Origin: Nitrosopumilaceae archaeon
GTDB taxonomy: Archaea > Thermoproteota > Nitrososphaeria > Nitrososphaerales > Nitrosopumilaceae
Assembly: GCA_052389415.1 (NCBI GenBank)
Contig: JBQTHX010000091.1
Span: 1-14,931 of the forward strand
DNA: 14,931 nt
Direction: 5' to 3'
In this document: positions 1 to 7,312 of the stretch, piece by piece
How the letters are laid out: the number at the start of each line of letters is the position of its first letter
Position numbering within the stretch: the stretch's first letter is position 1
The notes under the pieces: generated by a model
Databases searched by the model: none
What the model saw: the letters and a program-made list of their open reading frames with translations, nothing else
Told to the model about the DNA's origin: nothing
Position numbers and translations under genes: made by a program

Positions 1-648
1 AAAAGATCAATTGAGATCGATGTAAAAAATGCCAAGCGAGCTGTAAGAGATAAAGATTTTGAAAATGTAAAAGCTGATGAGGGCTTTAGAAGAATAGTCG
101 AAGTCGTTGTTTTGGAATCCATACGAGAAGGATATCACCAGATAGGCCCAATGGTCTGGACTACAATGCTTAACAAGGCAGAGATTGAAGACGCTATAAC
201 AAAATTAATTGAAAAAGGATTGATAATAAAAAATGAGAAAAAACAAGGATTTCATGTGCAAACAAGTTATCAACTGGCACCAGAAATTGCAGACAAGGCT
301 GGTATAGAAAAGAAATCAAAGTTTGGAATAAAAAAGAAAACCTCTGTTTCAATTCAGAATCTAAAAGAAATAAGTGAAGCTATCCAAGAAACAAAATCAT
401 CAGTACAAAATCTAGATGTGCAAAAAACACTTGAAAATCTGGATACATTCATTGATTCTTCAAAGAAAGGCCCTCAGATGATCGAGCATTTCTTTGAAGA
501 ACATCGAGAGATAAGATTATACAAAATTAGAATAACTGATAGAGGTGTGGAATACCTCCAAGCTAATAAGCAAAAAATTCTCGAGCTACTTGACAATATT
601 GAGACTAATGTTTCAAAAAAGCTTAGAAACCAAGTGGCTCAAAACTAG
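1..648 (+). CDS. 5'-truncated protein: end of a probable TPR region followed by winged-helix-like segments (possible regulator)
   Basis: Frame is open from base 1 (KRSIEIDVKNAKRAVRDKDFENVKADEGFRRIVEVVVLES...), so the TTG at 112 is internal. The SIEID...A.RDKDFE.V..DE.FRRI pattern resembles the helix capping TPR arrays. IEDAITKLIEKGLI...SYQL and IRITDRGVEYL resemble wHTH recognition helix/wing motifs. Stop TAG 646-648. Confidence 0.6.
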   Translation, partial: KRSIEIDVKNAKRAVRDKDFENVKADEGFRRIVEVVVLESIREGYHQIGPMVWTTMLNKAEIEDAITKLIEKGLIIKNEKKQGFHVQTSYQLAPEIADKAGIEKKSKFGIKKKTSVSIQNLKEISEAIQETKSSVQNLDVQKTLENLDTFIDSSKKGPQMIEHFFEEHREIRLYKIRITDRGVEYLQANKQKILELLDNIETNVSKKLRNQVAQN

Positions 649-650
649 AT

Positions 651-1454
651 CTACTCCGCAGAAAGGTCCCAATAATTTGCATCTTTTTGACTAGCTGTGG
701 GTTTTTCAAGTGATTTCCATTCCTTAAATGAACGCACGTATAGTTTTACATTTGGCATCCCAATTGATTTGAGTGCATAGTAACCAAGACCGGAGAGTGT
801 TCCAACGCTTCCACAATACGTAATAATTTCAGAATTTGGCTGGATGCTCCTGTTTTGTACTAATTTTTTTAAATCTTCTTTTGGTCGCAAAATGTTATCT
901 TCTGACGCAAGCATTCTGTAAGGGATATTTATCGCACCTGGAATATGATTGTCAAGATAGTTTAGCCTTTCTCTATTGTCCACAAGCACTGTATCTTTTT
1001 TTTCTTTGACAGCGTCAAGATAATCCACTGTTGCTAAAATTTCTGGTTGTAGTTTTAACGAGTGTGTTTTTTTATTGTATGAAACCTGGTCTGAGCTAGT
1101 TTCAAGACCCAACTTTTTCCATGTTCCAAATGTAACATCTAACAAAGAAACATCATCATGACCAACATATTGTAGGGTCCATGCCACTCTAGATGCTAAC
1201 GCACCAAATGTGTCATCATAGACAACCACAGGCGTTTCTTCATCAATACCATATGATTGAGCAAGTTGCAAAACTTTTTGTGGACTGTCATCTGCCAAGA
1301 GACTAGCAAGTGGAAGATTTACAGATCCCGGGATGTGACTTTGCTTATAATCGTCTTCTTTGCGAATGTCTAGTACTCTCACACTCTTGTCCCTTAGTTG
1401 AGACCGTAACGAATCTGCATCTATTGTAACTCGCGTTGTCTTTTCTGCACTCAC
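651..1454 (-). CDS. Tandem-domain rhodanese / thiosulfate sulfurtransferase family protein
   Basis: LDIR...Y...HIPGS, VVVYDD, ASRVAW, second HIPGA, catalytic loop YCGSVGTLS, C-terminal LYVRSFKEW. Start placed at GTG 1454 (GTGA overlap with the upstream TGA stop) rather than 1463. Confidence 0.9.
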   Translation of the reverse strand: MSAEKTTRVTIDADSLRSQLRDKSVRVLDIRKEDDYKQSHIPGSVNLPLASLLADDSPQKVLQLAQSYGIDEETPVVVYDDTFGALASRVAWTLQYVGHDDVSLLDVTFGTWKKLGLETSSDQVSYNKKTHSLKLQPEILATVDYLDAVKEKKDTVLVDNRERLNYLDNHIPGAINIPYRMLASEDNILRPKEDLKKLVQNRSIQPNSEIITYCGSVGTLSGLGYYALKSIGMPNVKLYVRSFKEWKSLEKPTASQKDANYWDLSAE

Positions 1455-3256
1455 GCAGCACACTCGCCCTTTCCAGTTCTAGCGTGATATCCACCGTCGC
1501 TTCCATAGTCAGTATAGAAATCCTGGTCTTGATCTATTGATGGTACAGCTACAAGTGGCCTTAGTAATTCTTTGATGTTGTTTAGAGATTTTATCTTTGG
1601 TCCACCATATCCAGCAATCACACGATGAATCCAAGAGTTTAATGTCTCCCCATCTCTTTTTTCAGACTTGAAGATTTCAATTATTTTTAGTATAACAGGA
1701 ATTATTCTCTTTGCTGGAACTCTCAAACATGACAAGCCAAGCATTGCATCTTGGTCGGCCCTTCCACCTAGAGACATGTTGTATAATGGATACATGTGTT
1801 TATCCTCTCTTCCACCGCCACCAAAAAATCCTATTGTAGCAATTCCATGTTGGCCACAAGAGTTTGGGCATCCGCTTATTTTGATACTTGAATCCCGTAA
1901 ATCATCATCAGTATCAAGTTTAAGCTCAAGGAATTTTCTTTGTACTTCTTTTGCTAGTCTGTGTGAATTTGTTAATGCAAGATTACACGAGGTCGTTCCA
2001 GAACATCCTACTACAGAAGCCATTGTTAGTCCGCCTGGGTTTGCCAGACCGACTTCCAACAGTTTAGAATACAATTTTGGCAAGTCATCATCTTTTACCC
2101 ATCTGAATACAATGTCTTGAGTGAATCCGTTTCGTGCTTTGCCCTCTGCAGAGAATTCCCTTGCCAATTGAGCAATAGATCGAAGTTGGTTTGCCGTAAC
2201 GTCACCTGACTCCAGAGTCAGAAATACTGCGCTGTATCCATTTTGCTTTTGTTTTACGATATTTCCTTTCTTCCATCTTGCAAAGCCGTCAGGAACAGAG
2301 GGATTTTCTGAACTGATAATTATTTTTTGTAGTGATTCAGAAGTCTTGTCAATGTCAAGTTTTACAATGACAGATTGCGTTGATCTTACAATCGCTCTTT
2401 CTTTTAGTACTAGATTTTTAAATTTGTCCCATCCCATCTCGTTGACGAGATATCTCATCCTGTTTCTTGCCATATTTTCTCTATTCCCTAATCTGTCAAA
2501 TATTCTGATAACAGAAATTATTACATACAATAGATCATCTTCTTGGGTAAATTCTTCAAATTGATGTCCAACAAATGATTGTGCACCCAATCCTCCACCC
2601 AAAAATACTTTGAAACCATGTAAAGTCTTTCCATCCTTTTCAATCTTTTGTGGAATAAGACCAATGTCTGCAATTCTTGCCATTCCATGTTTTTCACAGC
2701 AAGTAAAGTTAATCTTGAATTTTCTTGGAAGTGACTGGTTCAGAGGGTTTCTAATAAGAAACTTTGACACTCCAAGTGCATATGGAGTTGGATCAAAGAT
2801 CTCGTCAGGACATACTCCCGCAAGAGGACTGCACATCACAGTTCTTACAGAATTTCCACAAGCTTCTCTTGATGTCAAACCTACCTCAGCTAAGCCACGC
2901 ATTATTTCAGATACATCTTCTAAGATTACCCAATGTAGCTGAAAGTTTTGCCTTGTTGATACGTGTGCACTTCCAATGGAGAATGATTCGCTTAGCTGCG
3001 CAATTCGTTCAAGTTGTTCTGGGTAAATTTCTCCGGCGGGAATTTTTATTCTAACCATGGAATAGTTGTCAGTCATTCTGCTTCCATACGCGCCATGTTG
3101 TAGCCTAAATCGTCTAAAATCATCAGAATTAATCAGTCCGCGTCGAAAAAGTTTCACCGTCTCCGCAAACTTGTCAGCTTCCTCTAGTCTTCCCCAATTA
3201 ATCTTTGGTTTTGGAAAATTGTTGCCTCTAGATTCATTAAGACTAGTCCTACTCAA
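1451..3256 (-). CDS. Ferredoxin-dependent sulfite/nitrite reductase (siroheme-[4Fe-4S] hemoprotein), probably assimilatory sulfite reductase
   Basis: STRQNFQLH, CGNSVR, LPRKFKI, and siroheme/FeS ligand motifs CSGTTSCNLA and SGCPNSCGQH. TTG start. Sulfite specificity is inferred from neighbouring sulfur genes. Confidence 0.9.
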   Translation of the reverse strand: MSRTSLNESRGNNFPKPKINWGRLEEADKFAETVKLFRRGLINSDDFRRFRLQHGAYGSRMTDNYSMVRIKIPAGEIYPEQLERIAQLSESFSIGSAHVSTRQNFQLHWVILEDVSEIMRGLAEVGLTSREACGNSVRTVMCSPLAGVCPDEIFDPTPYALGVSKFLIRNPLNQSLPRKFKINFTCCEKHGMARIADIGLIPQKIEKDGKTLHGFKVFLGGGLGAQSFVGHQFEEFTQEDDLLYVIISVIRIFDRLGNRENMARNRMRYLVNEMGWDKFKNLVLKERAIVRSTQSVIVKLDIDKTSESLQKIIISSENPSVPDGFARWKKGNIVKQKQNGYSAVFLTLESGDVTANQLRSIAQLAREFSAEGKARNGFTQDIVFRWVKDDDLPKLYSKLLEVGLANPGGLTMASVVGCSGTTSCNLALTNSHRLAKEVQRKFLELKLDTDDDLRDSSIKISGCPNSCGQHGIATIGFFGGGGREDKHMYPLYNMSLGGRADQDAMLGLSCLRVPAKRIIPVILKIIEIFKSEKRDGETLNSWIHRVIAGYGGPKIKSLNNIKELLRPLVAVPSIDQDQDFYTDYGSDGGYHARTGKGECAA

Positions 3257-3283
3257 CGTACGAATGAATTTGTCGCTAGATAG

Positions 3284-3298
3284 AATATAAATTTTTGA
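3284..3298 (-). promoter_or_regulatory. Archaeal BRE/TATA promoter of the reductase-rhodanese operon
   Basis: Minus strand reads TCAAAAA-TTTATA-TT; TTTATA at 3291-3286, 30-35 bp upstream of TTG 3256. Confidence 0.55.
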
Positions 3299-3373
3299 AT
3301 AGTGGAATTTTAGCTAAATACAATAAATTGGTTGGTAAATCTAGGATTTATCATAGTTCGAGTTAATCATCTA

Positions 3374-3388
3374 GAAAAGAGTTAAATG
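3374..3388 (+). promoter_or_regulatory. Archaeal BRE/TATA promoter of the ino1-like gene
   Basis: GAAAAGAG-TTAAAT; TTAAAT begins at 3382, 30 bp upstream of ATG 3412. Confidence 0.5.
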
Positions 3389-3411
3389 ATCACCGACAAG
3401 AAAAAAATCAC

Positions 3412-4416
3412 ATGTCAAAAATCAATGTTGCAATAGTAGGAGTTGGTAACGTTACAAAAACATTATTCAAAGGATTAGAGTTTTACAAAGACTCAACTGA
3501 AGGTCTTTGGCATCCAAAGATTGGAGGTTTTTCATTAAGTGATATTTCTATAAGTGGTATATATGATGTAGATTCTTCAAAGATTGGAAAAAAGATCAAA
3601 GACATAGTATCGGACTATAAAATAAATTCTGATTTGTCAATACAAACTGGACTTGTAGATGATCCCATAAACTTTCCAAATGGTAATGTAAAATCTGTTA
3701 AATACAACGAGTTTGTCGAATCAGTAAAGAGGTTAAAACCAGATTTTCTTGTAAACTTGATCTCATCTGGCATGGATAAAAGCAGTGATGGATATGCCAA
3801 GGCTGCACTTGAAGCAGGCTGCTCATTTCTTAATGCAACATCGTCAAGAGTAATCACTCCACAACTAAAGACATCTTTTGAATCAAAAGGTTTGATGATT
3901 CTAGGTGACGATCTGATGAGCCAGTTTGGCGGAACGTCGTTCCATCGAGGCGTTATGGAATTGATGGTAAATAGAGGCGTAAAGATTCAAAAAGCATATC
4001 AGCTTGATGTTGGTGGAAACACAGATACTCAAAATACGATGGCAGAAGAACTTCGAGAGAAAAAGCGAAAGATAAAGACAGAGTCCATATCAACTGAGGT
4101 GCCATATACATTTAGATCAACTGCTGGTACAACTGAATATGCAGCGCATCTTGGAAATTCCAGAGTGAGTTATTATTGGATTGAGGCAAAAAGCTTTCTA
4201 GGAGTTCCTTTAGAAATGGATTTGTCACTTAGGACAAACGACAGTGCCAATGGTTGTAATGTTATTCTTGACTGTCTTCGAGCTGCAAAATATGCCATTT
4301 CTAAAAATGACTATGCAAAATCTGATATCATATCAGCATATGGTTTTAAGAATCCCGCAAAGAAAACAAAGATTAGAGAATCTATCAAAGAATTTGAAGA
4401 ATCGTTTGTAAACTGA
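3412..4416 (+). CDS. Myo-inositol-1-phosphate synthase family protein (divergent)
   Basis: Rossmann VAIVGVGN, YDVDSSKIG, ALEAGCSFLNA, GDDLMSQFGGT, YQLDVGGNTD, DSANG and YGFKNP match the archaeal/actinobacterial MIPS layout, with several motif substitutions. Confidence 0.8.
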   Translation: MSKINVAIVGVGNVTKTLFKGLEFYKDSTEGLWHPKIGGFSLSDISISGIYDVDSSKIGKKIKDIVSDYKINSDLSIQTGLVDDPINFPNGNVKSVKYNEFVESVKRLKPDFLVNLISSGMDKSSDGYAKAALEAGCSFLNATSSRVITPQLKTSFESKGLMILGDDLMSQFGGTSFHRGVMELMVNRGVKIQKAYQLDVGGNTDTQNTMAEELREKKRKIKTESISTEVPYTFRSTAGTTEYAAHLGNSRVSYYWIEAKSFLGVPLEMDLSLRTNDSANGCNVILDCLRAAKYAISKNDYAKSDIISAYGFKNPAKKTKIRESIKEFEESFVN

Positions 4417-4422
4417 GCAAAC

Positions 4423-4439
4423 TATTAATGTACATTTAT
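4423..4439 (+). promoter_or_regulatory. thi4 TATA box overlapped by a palindrome (candidate operator)
   Basis: TATTAAT at 4423-4429, 31 bp upstream of ATG 4454. Perfect palindrome AATGTACATT at 4427-4436. Confidence 0.4.
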
Positions 4440-4453
4440 CAGTATGAATTTTC

Positions 4454-5272
4454 ATGCAGCAGGCAGAATATACAAAAGAGGCTCCAAAAATTTTTGCTGA
4501 CGTAAGAGAAGTTGAAATAACTAGAGCCATTGCCAATGAATTTCATGATGTTCTTACTAATTATGCGGATTCTGATGTAGTTATCATAGGAGCTGGTCCT
4601 GCAGGTCTGACTGCTGGAAGAGAACTTGCACTAATGGGATTTAAGACTTTGATAATCGAACAAAACAACTATCTCGGAGGAGGATACTGGCTTGGCGGAT
4701 ATATGATGAATCCGGTAACAGTAAGAGCACCAGCACATAAAATCTGGGATGAGCTTGGCATCCCATACAAAAAAGTTTCAGAAGGGCTATATCTCACACC
4801 AGGACCTCATGCAGTATCAAAGCTTATCGCAGCTACTTGTGATGCTGGAGTAAAGTTTCTCAATCTTACAAAGTTTGACGATCTGGTCTTAAAGAATGGC
4901 AGAGTCTCGGGGGTGGTTGTAAACTGGATGCCAGTCTCAGCTCTCCCTCGTAACATTACTTGTGTAGACCCAATTGCCTTGGAGTCAAAGATGGTAATCG
5001 ATGCTTCGGGCCATGACTCGGTTGCAGTAAAAAGACTAGTTGACAGAAAATTAGTAGATTGGAAAGGAATGAATCCAATGTGGGTGGATGATGGAGAAAA
5101 CAGAGTAGTTCACAAGACAGGCGAGGTATACCCAGGTCTTGTTGCGGCAGGCATGTCAGTAACAGAGACTTTTGGAATTGCCAGAATGGGACCAACATAT
5201 GGTTCTATGTTGCTATCAGGAAAGAAAGCAGCAGAAGTTACTGCAGCAAAGATTAAAGAATTAAGAAGATAA
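4454..5272 (+). CDS. thi4: Thi4 thiazole (adenylated thiazole) synthase, Cys-type
   Basis: DVVIIGAGPAGL, GGGYWLGG, NW..V...TCVDP, DASGHD, GIARMGPTYGSMLLSGKKAA. Confidence 0.95.
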   Translation: MQQAEYTKEAPKIFADVREVEITRAIANEFHDVLTNYADSDVVIIGAGPAGLTAGRELALMGFKTLIIEQNNYLGGGYWLGGYMMNPVTVRAPAHKIWDELGIPYKKVSEGLYLTPGPHAVSKLIAATCDAGVKFLNLTKFDDLVLKNGRVSGVVVNWMPVSALPRNITCVDPIALESKMVIDASGHDSVAVKRLVDRKLVDWKGMNPMWVDDGENRVVHKTGEVYPGLVAAGMSVTETFGIARMGPTYGSMLLSGKKAAEVTAAKIKELRR

Positions 5273-5283
5273 AATATCCAGTA

Positions 5284-5292
5284 TTTCTTTTT
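5284..5292 (+). terminator. Possible oligo-U terminator after thi4
   Basis: TTTCTTTTT 12 bp after the thi4 stop; archaeal terminators are U-tracts. Weak evidence in AT-rich DNA. Confidence 0.3.
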
Positions 5293-5296
5293 ATTA

Positions 5297-6076
5297 TTGT
5301 TGAAAATATCTACAGTCTTTTTGTATGATGAGCCTGCTGTGCCTGAAATAAGGCTTGAGGATCTTGCTAATTTCATTAGTAATACGTTTCATATCAAAGT
5401 AGAGATTAGAAAAAATATTTTTAATCATTTTCAAAAAAATATTGCACAGAAAATCGCCACATGTAGAATATTTGATACAAAGCATCAGTTTGAAAAACAC
5501 AAACCAACAAATGAGGAAGTAAGATTTGAAGAGGAATCTTTTGCAAATAACAAAGAGTCCAATATCATAATGTATGATGGCTATGAATTTCAAAGAATCA
5601 TTACAAATTTGATTCCCCCAGAAGAGCTAAAACATGACGAATTTCATCTTGTTTGTACCAATAAACTAATGTGTACATTTGATTATGATGATTACAGATT
5701 TCATGGCAGGACAGTCATTTGTTCAAATCCTGCGATAATCTCTACTACAGGAATGATTGAGGCACCTGCAAAACCTCGCGAGTACTATCACGCGTTACTT
5801 TCCAATTTAGCAGTAGGCCTGAATGTTGAGTCAATAAAACATCAATTCAAGGGAAGATACTTGGAATATCACGATCCTAAGATTGGTGAGATTGTCAAAG
5901 GTTTTGCCTTACAAGCGATGTTCTACTATTTGACTGGAGAATCATTTTGTGATTCAAAGGAATGTAGATTGTTCAATGCTCATTGGCAAAATGATCTTCT
6001 GCATTCACAAATTAATGTTGGAAAATTGTGTGAAAGGCATCAAAAAGTTCTAGACAAGATTCTCTTAGAATCATAG
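5297..6076 (+). CDS. Archaemetzincin-like putative metallopeptidase (DUF6775-like)
   Basis: DYRFHGR, IISTTGMIEAPAKPREYY, C-terminal FC-x4-CRLFNAHWQ...LC-x2-H. Family recognised from memory. Start is TTG 5297 or 5300. Confidence 0.65.
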   Translation: MLKISTVFLYDEPAVPEIRLEDLANFISNTFHIKVEIRKNIFNHFQKNIAQKIATCRIFDTKHQFEKHKPTNEEVRFEEESFANNKESNIIMYDGYEFQRIITNLIPPEELKHDEFHLVCTNKLMCTFDYDDYRFHGRTVICSNPAIISTTGMIEAPAKPREYYHALLSNLAVGLNVESIKHQFKGRYLEYHDPKIGEIVKGFALQAMFYYLTGESFCDSKECRLFNAHWQNDLLHSQINVGKLCERHQKVLDKILLES

Positions 6077-6314
6077 GTAACGCATAGTTTCCTTTGTAGA
6101 GCTAATTTGTCCAGTTGACTATTATCTGATCTTTTTATTATGAAACAAGATGACCATCTCCAAAAGTCAAAGGATTGCCGTAATTATCATCATTCCTTTA
6201 GAGTCATGGCCTGCCAATTAAAATAAATTCAATGATAAATTGTTTTCTAAAAAAACGTCAAGATCGACTATTCACATGAATGCATAATTGTTATTCAGTT
6301 TTCGTAGGATTTAA

Positions 6315-6322
6315 TTTAAATA
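6315..6322 (+). promoter_or_regulatory. TATA box of trxB
   Basis: TTTAAATA begins 31 bp upstream of ATG 6346. Confidence 0.55.
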
Positions 6323-6345
6323 TGAACTAAAGATGAGATGGTTTT

Positions 6346-7311
6346 ATGCAAGCAGAGATCAGAGCCGAAATTCCAAAACCTTCTGAAAAAAAGAAAAAGT
6401 ATGATGTGATAATAATTGGTTCTGGTCCAGCTGGATACACTGCAGGAATTTATACCTCCCGTGCTAAACGAGATACTCTGATAATTTCAGGAGTGTTACC
6501 AGGAGGACAGCTTATGCTTACGACAGAAGTGGAAAATTATCCAGGATTTGAAAATGGAATTTTTGGCCCAGAGCTCATGTCAATGATGCGAAAGCAAACA
6601 GAAAGAATGGGTACAACTATCGTTGATGATGAGGTAGTTAATGTGGATTTCAAACATAGACCCTTTAAGGTTCTTACACCTTCAGAAGAATACGAATCAG
6701 ATGCTGTAATAATTTGCACTGGTGCCAATCCAAGAAAGATAGGAGTCAAAGGAGAGATTGAGTTTGGAGGTAAAGGTGTCTCATATTGTGCTACTTGTGA
6801 CGGGCCATTTTTTAGAAATCAAGATATAGTGGTGACAGGTGGAGGCGACACGGCTATGGAAGAAGCCATTTTCTTGACAAAATTTGGAAAGAGTGTACAC
6901 ATTGTGCATAGAAGAGACAAACTTAGAGCAAGCCAGGTAATGCAGGATCGTGCATTTGAGAATCCAAAAATCAAATTCCATTGGAACAAGGCAATAGATG
7001 AGATTACAGGGAAAGAAAAAGTAAATCAAGTAATTATAAAAGATTTGAAAACTAATGAAAAAGAACAGCTAGAAGCAGGTGCACTTTTTGTTGCAATTGG
7101 TCATGAGCCAAATACAAAATTGTTCAAAGGACAAATTGATCTTGATGAACAAGGCTACATCGTATTAAAAAACTATACAAAGACAAGTGTGGAAGGAGTT
7201 TTCGCGGCCGGTGATGTTCATGACCACAGATATAGACAAGCAATTACAGCAGCAGGGTTTGGATGCATGGCTGGGATTGATGTGGACAAGTATCTTTCTG
7301 AGAGGAAATAA
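6346..7311 (+). CDS. trxB: Thioredoxin-disulfide reductase
   Basis: IIGSGPAG, GGQL..T.EVENYPGF, redox motif CATC, GGGDTAMEEA, HRRD, TSVEGVFAAGDV, RQAITAAG. Confidence 0.97.
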   Translation: MQAEIRAEIPKPSEKKKKYDVIIIGSGPAGYTAGIYTSRAKRDTLIISGVLPGGQLMLTTEVENYPGFENGIFGPELMSMMRKQTERMGTTIVDDEVVNVDFKHRPFKVLTPSEEYESDAVIICTGANPRKIGVKGEIEFGGKGVSYCATCDGPFFRNQDIVVTGGGDTAMEEAIFLTKFGKSVHIVHRRDKLRASQVMQDRAFENPKIKFHWNKAIDEITGKEKVNQVIIKDLKTNEKEQLEAGALFVAIGHEPNTKLFKGQIDLDEQGYIVLKNYTKTSVEGVFAAGDVHDHRYRQAITAAGFGCMAGIDVDKYLSERK

Positions 7312-7312
7312 T

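Noticed and set aside
1455-1463. MCC N-terminus of the rhodanese as a Cys-pair motif
   Set aside because: Likely an artefact of choosing the most upstream GTG; the GTGA overlap at 1454 is the more plausible start.
1451-3256. F420-dependent sulfite reductase (Fsr) or dissimilatory DsrAB, suggested by nearby cofE
   Set aside because: No FrhB-like domain or ferredoxin CxxCxxC insert; architecture is the monomeric two-repeat assimilatory type.
1668-3290. Plus-strand ORFs 1668-2120, 2346-2564, 2610-2942, 2764-3054 and 3066-3290
   Set aside because: Antisense shadows of the well-supported reductase; Ser/Ile/Phe-rich with no motifs.
4417-4453. TPP riboswitch upstream of thi4
   Set aside because: Only 37 bp available and no conserved aptamer sequence.
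6167-6169. In-frame TGA in the intergenic micro-ORF as selenocysteine
   Set aside because: No redox-motif context, no visible SECIS-like hairpin, and Sec use is not expected in this inferred lineage.
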